A stretch of DNA of 64,000 nt from positions 352,001 through 416,000 of the forward strand of contig CAVVMW010000015.1 in the NCBI GenBank assembly GCA_963749495.1, in the 5' to 3' direction. Both the position numbers and the translations under genes were made by a program. The DNA is from an uncultured bacterium. Lineage in GTDB: Bacteria; Verrucomicrobiota; Verrucomicrobiia; Limisphaerales; UBA8199. This document shows, in pieces, positions 16,506 through 27,869 of the stretch (positions within the stretch are counted from its first letter, which is position 1; every line of letters begins with the position of its first letter). The notes under the pieces are model-generated. The model was not told the origin of the DNA and did not search any database. It saw nothing but the letters and a program-made list of their open reading frames with translations.

Positions 16506-19317
16506 GCCCCTTGGGGGCGAATCTCGGCTGGTCCGCGGCCCACTGGAGCATCTGCCGGCAGAGCGCCTCATGTTCGGCCTCCCTTCCAGACCAGACCTCG
16601 AGCGCAGCATTTCTCATGGCCTGGAGTGAGGCTTCATCGGCCAGGGCGGCTGAGGGAGGAAGTTGCTTCGCAGTTGCCAGAGCCTCCGCCAGCAAGGGCT
16701 CCGCCTCGGCTACCTGGCCTCGGCACCCGAGGACTTCGATCAGCCGGAGCAGGGCACGAACGCCAGCTTCCGATGGGGGCAGCTTCCTCGCTGTCTGGAC
16801 GGCTTCTCTGGCCTCCGCGGCGGCTTCAGCCATGAAGGCCTCGGCCTCGGCGAGCTTTCCTTGCGCGCGCAGCAGGACAATCACTGCGATGCGCACTCTT
16901 CGCACGTGGTGGTTTTCCCGGGTCTTCCACATCGCCAATGCCTCGCGATAAGCGGTTTCGGCTTCGGCAAACCGGCCGGTTTTCTGCAGGAGCTCTCCTA
17001 ATGTCTCCAGACATAAGGCGGTGAGCGTATGCCGGTGACGGACTGTTCTCCGGCACACAGCCAGGGCCTCACGAATCTTGAGTTCGCCCGCGTCCAACTG
17101 GTTCGCGCTCACCAGCGCGCAGCCAAGATTGTACAAAGCGCCCGCGTAATCAACATGCTCACTCCCGAGCAGGTTCTTGCGTGTCGTCACCACGTTTTGC
17201 AGCAGCTTGACCGCTTCCTCCGGCTTGCGTCGGTCGCGCAACGCCCCAGCCAGGGCTGTCTGGGCGGAGGCCACCGCGAGCGAGGCAGGTTCGTCAGGAA
17301 ACACGCGGGACAGGATCGCCAGCGCTTCCCGGGCATAACGTTCCGCCTCCTCCGGTTCGCCCAGGTATCTCACCGTGTCGGCCAAAAGAGTGAGCGATTC
17401 AGCCACCTCCAAGTGCTCGCTGCCCTGCAGGCGCCTCCTCATCGTCAGCGAGCGCTGGAAGAGATCGGCCGCTTCGGCAAGTCTTCCCAGATAGAGCTGA
17501 ACCCCGCCCAAGTGGTGCAGCGAGGCCGCCACCAGCACATGCTCCGGGCCGAGCAAATTGGTGCGGATCATGAGCGCTTCCTCAAGCAGGGAGGCACTTT
17601 CGACCGCTTCGCACCTGCACCAGTGCAGTTCGTGGCCCAGAAGGTCCAGCGAGTCGGCGACGTTCGTATTCATGTTCCCCCACAACGCTCGCCGGAGTCT
17701 CAACGCCTCCCGGTACATGCCCTCCGCCTGGTCGTACCGGCCCAGCGCTTGATATATTTCGCCCAACGTCATCCTTAACTCGGCCTCCACTTCCGGCTGG
17801 CCCTTCAAATCCCTGCCCACGCGCTCCGCCGTCTTGTCCAGGATCTCCCGCAGCATCGTCGTGTCCCGGCCCTGGGCCACCGATGGCCCCACGCCCCGCA
17901 GCATGTCCTTGAGGAACTGCGCCACCTGCTGACTCTTGGCGGCCTCCGACTGCGCCGTCTGCTGCGCCGCGTGCGCCTGGCGCCGGGCCGTTCGTTCTTT
18001 GGCCAGCGTCCACAGTGAGAAGCCCAGCCCCAGCACCAGCGCCAAGGCTATTAGCGCTCCGGCGGCGAAGGTCGCTTTGTTCCGCTGCACCAGTTTTTGG
18101 AGCCGGTAGAGCTTGCTGGGGGGACGCGCGGTCACCGGTTCGTTGCTCAGGTGGCGCAGGATGTCCTCAGCGAGGCTATTGGCCGTTTCATAGCGGCGGG
18201 TGCGGTCCTTTTCCAGGCAGCGCATCACGATCCAGTCCAGGTCGCCCCGCACCAGGTGAATGAGCTGCGGCGGCTCCGAGTGCCGGCACCGGGCCACGGT
18301 GGTCTGGTCGGCGGCTGCCAGGGTGCTCAGGCGGGTGGAGGGGCGCGCTGGCTCCTGTTCGCGGATGATCCGGCGCATCTCGTCCAGGCCCGCGGCCACA
18401 AGTTCCCGCTGGTCAAACGGCGTGTGGCCGGTCAGCAACTCGTAGAGAAGCACCCCCAGCGCATAGATGTCGCTGCGGGTATCAATGTCCATCGTGCTCA
18501 TCTGCGCCTGCTCCGGGCTCATGTACGCCGGCGTGCCGATGAATTGCTCAAAGGCCGTGAAGAGGGTCTTGTCGGTCAGCCGTGGCCCCGTCGCCTTGGC
18601 GATGCCGAAGTCAATCACCTTGGGCACGGGCGCCCCGTCCTGGAGGGTCACCAGGATGTTCGAGGGCTTGATGTCGCGGTGGATGATGCCCTTCTGGTGC
18701 GCGTGCTGCAGGGCATGGCAGACCTGGACGAAGAGGTTGAGCCGCACTTCGGCGGAGAGGTGGTTCTGGTCGCAGTACTCGGTGATCTTGATTCCCCGGA
18801 CCAGTTCCATAACGAAGTAGGGCCGGCCAGTGTCGGTGGCGCCGGCATCGAGCACGCGGGCGATGTTGGGATGGTCCATGAGCGCCAGCGCCTGGCGCTC
18901 GGCCTCGAAGCGGGCGATGACGGCCTTGGTGTCCATGCCCAGCTTGATAATCTTGAGGGCCACCCGGCGGCGGATGGGCTGCTCCTGTTCGGCCATGTAC
19001 ACCACCCCGCAGCCGCCTTCGCCAATCTGCTGGAGGAGTTTGTAGGGGCCGATCCGGTCGCCGGTCCTTTCGGTGAGCGGCGCAGGCAAGCCGGCGGCCG
19101 CCTCGGGCATGGGAATGGCAGGTTCTTCCAGAAAAGCGCCGGCCTGGTCGTGCGCCCTTAGCAGCTTCTCGACTTGGGCGCGCAACGGGGCGTCGCCGCG
19201 GCAGGCGCCGTCCAAGTAGGGGGCCCGCTCCACCGGCGAGTTCCGTGCCGCCGCTTCGGCCAACACTTGTTTGACTCGTTGCCAGTCCGTGTTCATGCGG
19301 TCACTCCGATCTGCCAC
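16369..19317 (-). CDS. Ser/Thr protein kinase with TM helix and TPR repeats (C-terminus replaced by repeat)
   Basis: 'IGEGGCGVVY', 'VALKIIK', 'HRDIKPSN', 'DFGIAK', 'GTPAYMSPEQ'; TPR_12-like repeats. Confidence 0.92.
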   Translation of the reverse strand: MADRSDRMNTDWQRVKQVLAEAAARNSPVERAPYLDGACRGDAPLRAQVEKLLRAHDQAGAFLEEPAIPMPEAAAGLPAPLTERTGDRIGPYKLLQQIGEGGCGVVYMAEQEQPIRRRVALKIIKLGMDTKAVIARFEAERQALALMDHPNIARVLDAGATDTGRPYFVMELVRGIKITEYCDQNHLSAEVRLNLFVQVCHALQHAHQKGIIHRDIKPSNILVTLQDGAPVPKVIDFGIAKATGPRLTDKTLFTAFEQFIGTPAYMSPEQAQMSTMDIDTRSDIYALGVLLYELLTGHTPFDQRELVAAGLDEMRRIIREQEPARPSTRLSTLAAADQTTVARCRHSEPPQLIHLVRGDLDWIVMRCLEKDRTRRYETANSLAEDILRHLSNEPVTARPPSKLYRLQKLVQRNKATFAAGALIALALVLGLGFSLWTLAKERTARRQAHAAQQTAQSEAAKSQQVAQFLKDMLRGVGPSVAQGRDTTMLREILDKTAERVGRDLKGQPEVEAELRMTLGEIYQALGRYDQAEGMYREALRLRRALWGNMNTNVADSLDLLGHELHWCRCEAVESASLLEEALMIRTNLLGPEHVLVAASLHHLGGVQLYLGRLAEAADLFQRSLTMRRRLQGSEHLEVAESLTLLADTVRYLGEPEEAERYAREALAILSRVFPDEPASLAVASAQTALAGALRDRRKPEEAVKLLQNVVTTRKNLLGSEHVDYAGALYNLGCALVSANQLDAGELKIREALAVCRRTVRHRHTLTALCLETLGELLQKTGRFAEAETAYREALAMWKTRENHHVRRVRIAVIVLLRAQGKLAEAEAFMAEAAAEAREAVQTARKLPPSEAGVRALLRLIEVLGCRGQVAEAEPLLAEALATAKQLPPSAALADEASLQAMRNAALEVWSGREAEHEALCRQMLQWAADQPRFAPKGRAAKAQPKVELTTDCTDGTDPQESVSSVKSVVRFFAACEDLSQKQ

Positions 19318-19355
19318 GCTTCATAGACACATGCGACGCGGCCGGGCGGTTTGCT

Positions 19356-19952
19356 TCAGGAAATCGGCGGCGATGGCTGATTTTGACTGCCTGACTCGCC
19401 AGGCTCACGAATTCGTTGGAACAGCCAAGCACGGGCAAAGACCCACGTCCGGTCGGCGGTGCTGCGGGAAATGCCCAGTTGCTCCGCCGCTTGCGCCTGG
19501 GTCAGACCGGTGAAGAAACGCAGACTGACCAGTTCGGCAGCTTCGGCGTCCACCTCCGCCAGTTGGGTCAGCGTCTCATCCAGGGCGAGCAAATCCTCAT
19601 CGGGCATCGGCCCGGCCAGTTCGACCGCATCCAAGTCGACCCGTTCACAGCCGCCGCCGTGCTTGAGCCGTTGCTTACGGCGGGCGTTCTCCACGAGGAT
19701 CCGCCGCATCGCCTCTGCGGCGGCACCGAAGAAATGGGTGCGCCCCTCCCAGCCCGGATCCGTTGAGCCCGCCAAGCGAAGCCATGCTTCATGCACCAGA
19801 GCGGTGGGTTGGAGCGTCTGCCCGGCTCGCTCGTGGGCGAGCTTGCGCGAGGCCAGTCGGCGCAACTCGTCATAGACCAGGGGTAACAACTCCTCTGCTG
19901 CGTGGCCTGCGCCTCGGTTCGCCGCTTCCAATCTGTGTGCTGTCTCGCCCAT
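19356..19952 (-). CDS. ECF sigma factor (Planctomycete/Verrucomicrobia TIGR02999 type)
   Basis: 'LLPLVYDELRRLA...TLQPTALVHEAWLRL...FFGAAAEAMRRILVENARRK...LRFFTGL...WVFARAWL'. Confidence 0.92.
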   Translation of the reverse strand: MGETAHRLEAANRGAGHAAEELLPLVYDELRRLASRKLAHERAGQTLQPTALVHEAWLRLAGSTDPGWEGRTHFFGAAAEAMRRILVENARRKQRLKHGGGCERVDLDAVELAGPMPDEDLLALDETLTQLAEVDAEAAELVSLRFFTGLTQAQAAEQLGISRSTADRTWVFARAWLFQRIREPGESGSQNQPSPPIS

Positions 19953-20593
19953 GCCCAAAAGCCAAACGGAGGTAATTCTGACGCACCATGACAGAAACAC
20001 CGTCTTATGGCAAGCACGGTCAAGGCACTTTCACGCGGTGCGCGAGGGTGTGCTGGGCAGATGGTTCTCATCCAAGATCCCTCTGCGCGCACGGTGCCGC
20101 CGGCATAGCGGCCGGTGATCTGGTTGATGACGGATGCCTGCTCGGTGGAGGCGGCACCATCGACCTGCTCGATGGTCTGATAACGGTGAAAGACCGAGCC
20201 ATCGGCCCTTGCGGCATCACTCGAGAACTTCTCCCAATTTTGGGTACGCTTTTCCGAGTTCCGGCGCTTATAGAGGTGATGCGAACGTCGGACAACCTTG
20301 CGAAGCCCTGTTGCGGGACCTGTCTGCCCTGTGCGACGCGTTCGGGTGTCGCGGGCTCAGACTTGGCTCAGGCCCCCCTTTGCTGCGTGTGGCTGGACAG
20401 ATGCGTCATTCACAACACCTGCGTAAATTCGGGGCTTTGGGCAGTTCTTGCCTGGGACAGGGGGAAATAAGATAACATTAGGAAATCAACGTTCCCAATT
20501 CCCGGTGGTTTGTGCACACTATCGGCTCAAATGGATATCCGGTGCGGCAGTCGCCTTACATGAGATGGAATGTAAGAGAGCGGCGCCGCGGGT

Positions 20594-21085
20594 ATGGACA
20601 CCCTGTCAGCGTCCCCGTGGGCCGGTAAACTCGGGGCAATCGAAGCCATGCGACCAAAGATCCCTGCACCCAAGGAAATGCGCGACGTTCTTCCCGCCTT
20701 GGACCAGCCCGGGATGTGTGCGCCCATGCTCTCGGCCAGAGTCGGCGTTGCGATCCTGCAGGAGCTCGACAGGTACCGAGGAGAGAAGGCCAAGCTGTAC
20801 GGTCATGCCCTCGCGGTCTGCGGGGAGCGGGGGGTGTTCTTCCATGCGCGACCGGAGGGGGCAGTCTGCTTCGTCCCCCTCTCGTGCATCGCCTGGGTTG
20901 GGGAGCATGTGCTGGACCTTAAGAATTACGCCCAAAGCGGCTGGGATCTTCGCAACCAGAAGGTGCAGTTCGATCCACCGAGGGACACGCATTGCGTCCC
21001 TGACTGTAGCCGGCCATGCACCGACACCGACCGTTGTCTGATTCTCGCCGCCAGGCTTGAAAAGGTCGGAAGGAAAGAGAAGTAG
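20594..21085 (+). CDS. Hypothetical protein
   Basis: 163-aa ORF with protein-like composition; no recognised motif. Confidence 0.4.
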   Translation: MDTLSASPWAGKLGAIEAMRPKIPAPKEMRDVLPALDQPGMCAPMLSARVGVAILQELDRYRGEKAKLYGHALAVCGERGVFFHARPEGAVCFVPLSCIAWVGEHVLDLKNYAQSGWDLRNQKVQFDPPRDTHCVPDCSRPCTDTDRCLILAARLEKVGRKEK

Positions 21086-21319
21086 CGCCAACGCAGTCCA
21101 CCGAGGCCTGGTCCGGCCGGCTCGGCGGTGAGAATGACGGTGGTCCGGGTGCTCAGTCCGACGGCCGAGTCGATGCTGATCAGGGTGAGCCTGCCAGCCC
21201 AACCCGGTGGGCTCCGGCAGTGGTCAGTTGCGGCCCTGGCCGTGGGCGTCGAGTTGGATGTCCGGATAGTGCCCGTTTTAGTGCCCGCCCTCTGGCCTGG
21301 TGATGTGGGCAAATCTGCC

Positions 21320-21976
21320 CTGCTGGCCCCGGACATTTACCTGGATGACTTCAGGGCCGTCTGTGCGGAGTACACTCAGAACGGCAACCCGTTGTTTATC
21401 CCAGAGGCCAGCCGGGATGAGCAGGCCGGTCTGCGGGCCATGTATGCCCTGGGCCATCACCACGCGCTGGGCTTTGCGCCCTTCGGCATCGATTCCCTTT
21501 CCCAGACCAACAGGTTGCGCGACTACTATGCGGTGCTTGGCAGCTTGCTCCCCCTGATCGCACAGCACCAGGGCAAGGACACGCTGAAGGGCTTCCTGCA
21601 GTATAAGGATGAGAAGGGCGTCGAGTTTGACCTCGGCGATTTCCGGGCGGAGATCGAATACCGTTCCCAAGAGGGTAATCGTCCGGGGGGAGGCGTGGCC
21701 ATCGCCGTTGCGCCGAATACCTTTGTAATGACCGGAGCCAACTACAGCATTCGCTTTGCTTCCCGCCCTGACAGGCCTGCCAACAGCGCCTGGCTGGCCA
21801 TTGATGAACTGGTTGCGCCTGGCCCCGAAAGGTCCTCGTTTTCGGCCAAAAAGACCCGTCCACTTCCTGGCCTGGACCTTGTTTTGGCCCGGCGCCTGAA
21901 TGGAGACGAGGCCTCGTACCGCGTGAACCTTGGACCCAAACCCCGCATTCTGCTGGGCAGGGTTTATCGATTCTAA
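21320..21976 (+). pseudogene. GH35 beta-galactosidase C-terminal fragment (DUF5597)
   Basis: 'LAPDIY...NPLFIPEA...GFAPFGID...RRLNGDE'; N-terminus absent. Confidence 0.75.
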
Positions 21977-21998
21977 TGAAGCACACGCTCAAGGACCT

Positions 21999-22853
21999 AT
22001 GAAGTCCACCCGCCTTGTCATAGCCGCGGCACAGATGAAATTCCGCGCTGCCATCGTTGACAACGTCTCCTGGATCTCTGAGGCGATTCATTCGTCAACC
22101 AAAGCAGGCGCCAACGTCATCCTGTTCCCCGAATGCGCAGTGACAGGATATAATTGCGACTTCGCCGCAGTTTCGCCGTCGGAGGTGGGAGCGGCGCTCC
22201 AGAGCATCGCCCGTGCGGCCCGCGCCGCTGGCTGCAATGTGCTGGTGGGCAGCCCGACCTTTGCGGGACCCAGAAGGTTCAATTCCCTGGTCGTGTTCGA
22301 CCGTCGGGGACGAACGGCCTTCCGCTATTCTAAGATTCACCTTACGGCGCGGGACGCGCGCTTTTTCAGCCCGGGAAATGCGCTCGCCTTTTTCACTCTC
22401 GCGGGTGTGCCTTGTACGGCGATCATCTGCCACGAACGGCGCTATCCGGAGTTGGTGCGCCTGCCCGTGATGCTTGGCGCGCAAATCGTGTTTCACCCGA
22501 ACGCCGGGTTGGACTCGCTGCCCGTTTCCGAGAGCAAGCGCTATGGCCGCGACGGGATAGCGATCCGCGCGTTCGAGAACGAGGTCTATTATGTGTTCGC
22601 CAACTCCGTTGGGCGGCAGGGCGCCGGCCTGTGGTCCGCCGGCGACTCGAAAATCGTGGCGCCGGACTCGCAGGTGCTCGCCCTGGCCAATAACCGCGAC
22701 GAGACTGTCATCCAAGCGGAAGTCGATCTGTCGCGCGCCGGCCGCAAGTACGCCCGCGATGCACTGCAAGAACCGGTCTTCCTGCGGGCCCACTGGAAGG
22801 CAATGCTGGTTGCCTGCAGACGCCAACTCCGGCAACCTCACGGCAGATTATGA
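21999..22853 (+). CDS. Carbon-nitrogen hydrolase (nitrilase family)
   Basis: E-K-C triad motifs 'LFPECAVTGY', 'YSKIHL', 'IICHERRYPE'. Confidence 0.9.
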   Translation: MKSTRLVIAAAQMKFRAAIVDNVSWISEAIHSSTKAGANVILFPECAVTGYNCDFAAVSPSEVGAALQSIARAARAAGCNVLVGSPTFAGPRRFNSLVVFDRRGRTAFRYSKIHLTARDARFFSPGNALAFFTLAGVPCTAIICHERRYPELVRLPVMLGAQIVFHPNAGLDSLPVSESKRYGRDGIAIRAFENEVYYVFANSVGRQGAGLWSAGDSKIVAPDSQVLALANNRDETVIQAEVDLSRAGRKYARDALQEPVFLRAHWKAMLVACRRQLRQPHGRL

Positions 22854-22873
22854 CACCTTCCGTTCAGCGAACC

Positions 22874-24778
22874 ATGTGGCAGATCCTCATCAGAATTGGC
22901 CTCCTGACCGCAGCCAGCCGGAGTTCCGCGGGAGCGCCGAGGATCACCACCGACCAGGACACCGTGCGGTTAGTCTCTGAGCATCTCGATGTCAGGGTGT
23001 CCCTCCGACAACCGGCGTTCGTGTCGTTGGGAGTGGACAGCCTGGGACTCAACGAGTGGGGCGCAAATTCCCTGCGCCCGCCGGCGCCCGTCTCCCCGCC
23101 CTTCCATGTGCGATGCGAAACAAATCCCGCGCTGCGCCTCGAATACAGCCGCTCCGACCAGACCGCCGCCCATCCGGGCGGATGGCGAATCGAGGTTGCA
23201 GAGCGGAGCATACGTCTGCTCTCCCGCTGGAGCGAAGCCGAACAGCCGGAGGCCCTGGTGCTGGAATTTGACCCGCACCGGTGTCACGTCACCCTGCTGG
23301 GCCTGTTCAACAAAGACGGCTCCATCCGCCTGCCCGCCGTTCTGCACTTCCCCGACCAGGGGTCTTTCCGGGTTACGGCAGATGGAGGTGCGGACCTGGC
23401 GCTGGGCTACGACGCGCGCCGGGCGGGTGAAGGCTACATCAAAGTGACCTTTCCGCCGGCAACTCCGGCCCGCCCTCGAATCGAGTACCGATGGGAGGTA
23501 GCCGCCATCCATCCAAAGCTGTCGAGTTTGGAGGGAGATCGGCGCCTCAACGGGTTCCGGCGAAACTGGCTGAACGTGTTGCAGGTGAATCCGCGGCTGC
23601 GGGTGCTGGCCAACCATGCGGCGAGCGACACGTGCGCTTTCTGCCTTTACGAATATGCCGACATCGCGCGCCATAGCCCGTTGCTGGTGGGGAATCTTGG
23701 CGCCCTGGACCTGGTTCGGCAGTCTTTGGACCGTTACCTGGCTGGGTTGGCGGGTTACGGTCTGCCGGGCAATATCGCGTTCGATACAGCCGGCGCCCAA
23801 CCCACGCGTGATCCGCCTTACCTGGACAGCTATCCGTCGTTGTTGATTGCCGCCGCCGACTATGTCGCCGGCAGCCGCGACCAGGTCTGGCTCCAGAGAC
23901 AATACCCCCGCCTCAAGGACTGGGGCGACAAGCTGCTGGCCATGGGTGCCGACGGCAACGGCCTCTTCAAATATCCCTACAGTGGCAACTCCGGTTCCTG
24001 GTCCGGCAAGGGCGACAAACGCCCGTCCAATTGGTGGGATACAATCGGCTTCGGCCATGAGGACGCCTACGCCAATGCCCTGGCCCACCGCGCCCTCCGG
24101 GGCCTCGAGGGACTGTCCGCCAGACTGGGCAGAACCAACGACGTCGCTCGCTGGCGCACGGCGGCCGACAAATTGCGCACCGCCTATTTCAGGGCCTTCT
24201 ACAACCCGGCCACCGGTGTCCTGGCCGGCTGGCGAAGCGCGGACGGCCAACTCCACGACTATTACTTTCTCTTTGTAAACGGCATCGCCATTCACTACGG
24301 GCTGGTGGCCGAAGAAAAGGCAAATGCCATCATGGATCGGCTCCTGGAGAAAATGAAAGCCGTCGGTTATACCCGCTTTGATCTGGGACTGCCCGGCAAC
24401 TTGATCCCGGTCGCCCGCAAGGACTATGCCCATCTGGAGCGCCGGTGGGGCGGCGGCGAAAAGGAGGACAACTCCGACGGGTTCCAGATCTACGAGAACG
24501 GGGGCGCCACCGCCTGCTTCGCCTACTTCACCCTGGCGGCGTTGTATGATCTGGGCCGTCGGGAGCAGGCTGATCGCCTCCTTTTTCCCATGCTCGAGGC
24601 CTTTGCGAAAGGCGCCTTTCAGGGCCAGGCGGCCAATGGCCGGAGCAACGACTGGAAGGCCTGGGACGGAACGCCCTGGGGTTACGAAGGCTTCCTGGTG
24701 GACAACTATTACGCGCTGCTGGCGGTGCTCACCCGGGAGAGCCTGGACCAGACCGGGGCAGCACCCGCGCGGCACTGA
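22874..24778 (+). CDS. Six-hairpin glycosidase-like secreted protein
   Basis: 'NWWDTIGFGHEDAYANAL', 'FYNPATG', 'YENGGAT'; signal peptide. Confidence 0.7.
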   Translation: MWQILIRIGLLTAASRSSAGAPRITTDQDTVRLVSEHLDVRVSLRQPAFVSLGVDSLGLNEWGANSLRPPAPVSPPFHVRCETNPALRLEYSRSDQTAAHPGGWRIEVAERSIRLLSRWSEAEQPEALVLEFDPHRCHVTLLGLFNKDGSIRLPAVLHFPDQGSFRVTADGGADLALGYDARRAGEGYIKVTFPPATPARPRIEYRWEVAAIHPKLSSLEGDRRLNGFRRNWLNVLQVNPRLRVLANHAASDTCAFCLYEYADIARHSPLLVGNLGALDLVRQSLDRYLAGLAGYGLPGNIAFDTAGAQPTRDPPYLDSYPSLLIAAADYVAGSRDQVWLQRQYPRLKDWGDKLLAMGADGNGLFKYPYSGNSGSWSGKGDKRPSNWWDTIGFGHEDAYANALAHRALRGLEGLSARLGRTNDVARWRTAADKLRTAYFRAFYNPATGVLAGWRSADGQLHDYYFLFVNGIAIHYGLVAEEKANAIMDRLLEKMKAVGYTRFDLGLPGNLIPVARKDYAHLERRWGGGEKEDNSDGFQIYENGGATACFAYFTLAALYDLGRREQADRLLFPMLEAFAKGAFQGQAANGRSNDWKAWDGTPWGYEGFLVDNYYALLAVLTRESLDQTGAAPARH

Positions 24779-25492
24779 ACGAGCGATCCTTCGCCAAGCA
24801 TCGCGAACTGGTGAGGTCATGGGGCGCATCCTTCCGATCCTTTGCCTGACCACCATCATCCGGGGCTCATGCCCAGTACCGGCGGCGGAATCACCTCGCG
24901 AGCCCGGCCTCACTGCGATGTGGTGGACGGAGGACCCGCCGCCCTCCCCGATTTCGCGCAGCCGGCCACCTTCAAACGCCGTCTGCTCGGCGTTAAACAG
25001 GCCGGAGGTTCAGGCATTGCCCTGTGCCGCGCATCAACAAGGGTAACAAATCCCAGGTAGAGCAAGTCCCTACCAATCAGACAGTTGCGTGGATTCTTGG
25101 CCATGAAGGTGCAGATTCTGAGCCCCCACGCCGGATACAAAACCCGCGCCGCCAGAGCATTGCAAATTCTTGTCGCCATGCGCCAAGGCGAGGGTTTGGG
25201 ACGGTGACGGTCTCTCGCTCGGGTCTTTGGATTCATTTTTCAGGACACTGCACGTGTTGGTAAGGGAGGGCAAACGCAATTCCCGCATACTAGCGCGTGG
25301 CGATCATCAGACCTCCGTATTCGGCCACACAGCTACCTCTCTAAAGTATTGATAGACAAGCACTTGGCCTCTTAATCCCGGCTTGTTAGACCCAAGGCCG
25401 GATGAGGCTTTAGTCCCATACAAACCTCCCGATTGTCATCCGGTTTGGGGAATCTGGAGCTTCCGGGGATGCCCTACTCAGAACGCCATACA

Positions 25493-25834
25493 ATGGAGGT
25501 GGTGAACGACAGCACAGTCAACGGACTGGATTCTGGCGACGCGGGCGGGATGGAGTATTCGCTCTGGCTTGCGAAGGTGGGCCTGTCCCGGCCCACGGGC
25601 TACCGGTATCGCCGCGACGGCAAAGTGGTCACGTTTAACATCGAAGGCCGTGAGTTCATCACGACCGAAGAAATCACCCGTTTCTGGCAGCGAGTCAAGG
25701 CGGGCGAATTCGCCAAGAAGCCCCGTGGCGCAAGTGCTCAGGCCGGTCGGGCTTCTTCCCAGCCTTCTGGCTGTGACCGTGCGCAGGACGGCAGTATTCC
25801 GTCAGACTCAAAAACACTTTGTCGCGAGGCTTAG
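25493..25834 (+). CDS. Excisionase-like/MerR-type HTH protein
   Basis: 'WLAKVGLSRPTGYRYRRDGKVVTFNIEGREFITTEEITRF'. Confidence 0.6.
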   Translation: MEVVNDSTVNGLDSGDAGGMEYSLWLAKVGLSRPTGYRYRRDGKVVTFNIEGREFITTEEITRFWQRVKAGEFAKKPRGASAQAGRASSQPSGCDRAQDGSIPSDSKTLCREA

Positions 25835-26011
25835 CCGCCTGCCTCGAACCGCCACCCCGCTTTGTGCCGCCCTTGCGGCCGCCTGCGAAATGGAATCTCC
25901 GTTGATCTCCGTTTTCAGGACTTGCCGGGCGGCCACGGCATCGGCTACAGTCTGGGCGTGCAGGCGAACCTGTCCAGTCCAACATCAGGAATCGCCTGTT
26001 TACGCGGGCTT

Positions 26012-26086
<75 letters not shown>

Positions 26087-26639
26087 GCATCAAAAACCCC
26101 ATAAAATCAGGGATTTACTCACTGTTTCGACTACCTGAACAGGCCGTTTTTTGAGGCCGAAAAAAGTTGTCTGTGCCACTTCTGTGCCACCTTTCGGCTT
26201 CTGAACGGCTTTCGGGCGGTCTGAGGGGCTGCTATGCGCTACGGGATGAGGATGATGCGCGCTGGGCGGAAACCAGCAGGAAAACACCCCAGGACCGCGC
26301 AGGGTGTATTAGGGTAGCCCCCTTGCCCCGCCGCGACGCTCCCAGGCCGTGCTGCTGCCCCGTCTGGAGCATTCCTGGCCATTCTGGTGAAGGGTGTGGC
26401 GTTCTGGCCAAAGGCGCGGACCTCGAACGCGGGCGCCATTTCGCTTGACCTCCCGTCCGTCCCGCCGTGCCTGGGCCGGGCAGCCCCCCAAGGCAGCGCC
26501 TCAACTTCGTCCTTGGGGTTGGCGGGCGGTCCCACCGGCACATCGCTTCCGCGTGGACCCTGTTCCCGGAGGTGCAGGTGTGTGTGAAGATGTGCCGGCT
26601 CGGTCACCATGCTCAGCAACGTGCAATGGAGTTGGCCCG

Positions 26640-27277
26640 ACGGCGTTCACCGTACCGCGTTGGCGCTGGTGCCGACTTACTCAAGCTCTTAGCACGCTAT
26701 GGGACAGCCGGGGGCTGCAACTGAATTCGGGGCCCCTCTCGGCGCTTCGGGGTGCGACGCCGCCGACGCGCAACAATCTGTCGCACGCGAACAAAGTGCG
26801 CGATGCGGTGATGGCCGAGAAGCTCTTCTGGGCAGTGTATGCCTATTTGGGGGACCTATCGCCCAAGTTTGTCTCTGGCAAGTCGGCGAAGCGGTTTGCC
26901 CGCCGATTCAAGCGGACGATTCACCTGGTCAACTCGACGACGATTGAATTGATCGCCTCCTGCATGGACTGGGCCAAGCACCGGCGGCGCAAGGCCGCAG
27001 CCAAGTGCCATTTGCGCTTAGACCTGCAAAGTTTTCTGCCGCGCTTTGCGATTATCAACACCGCGCGGGAGGCATCGCACACATCATTGAGGCCGATGCT
27101 ATGGGTCACCTGCGCGTAGCAAAGACTGACGATGTGACTCCACTCATCAAAGGTGCGCGTCTTCTCATCGACGCCGGTCTCCCGAGCTAACTTGGGCACC
27201 AAGTGCGGCGGAATGTAGTTGCAAAGCTGACGGAGAACGGTGAAGTTTGACGCGGTTGGAACGTTTTGGTATTTCAT
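26640..27277. mobile_element. Scrambled IS4-family (DUF4372-type) transposase remnant
   Basis: N-terminus on minus strand ('VLRQLCNYIP...YAQVTHSIGLNDVCDA'); continuation on plus strand ('LQLNSGPL...RNNLSHAN...STTIEL...DWAKHRRRKAAAKCHLRLD'). Confidence 0.8.
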
Positions 27278-27869
27278 TCGCCTGCCTTGTGGCAGGTTTC
27301 CCGAAACATTCCAACCGTTTTTTTCAGATTTCTATATGACGCGATTTTCCGCATGGAGAGCACGGTGCGCATCCCCGACCCAACCGAGAAGCAAGGCCCA
27401 CGACCGGCGGATACTCAAGCGGAGGAAAAGATACCTCTCGCTGTCTCTCCGTCTTCTGCGCGCGCGCCCGCCTCGCGCGAGGACGCCCGGACCCTGTGCG
27501 ATCTGGTCCGGTCCCTTGCCACGGTGCGAGAATGCATCCGCATCGAGCGCGGGAAGCCGGCGCCCGGGGTCCTCCGCCACGCCGAAGTCCCGCTGGAGCC
27601 GCGCAAGCGCAAGCCGACTGAGCGTCGCGCGCCTGGGTTTGGAACCTGGAGGAGGACGGCGCCGGTTGCGGCGCCCTGGAACCCGGCTGGCGTGGCCCCC
27701 TGACCGGCTTCTTGCCGCTCTGGCACGTTGTCTGAACACCCCGGGGCCCACCGACCGGGGGCTGTCTTCCTGCCGTCACGGAAGCCCAGCCAGGCGAATC
27801 GGTCTGCTCCTGTCAAGATTCCGGGTGAGGACGCGATTGCCCTTGCTCAGCCTGTCCGAGCCTGGGACG

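Noticed and set aside
20400..20530. AT-rich stretch resembling a transposon end
   Set aside because: No partner inverted repeat or transposase found in the window
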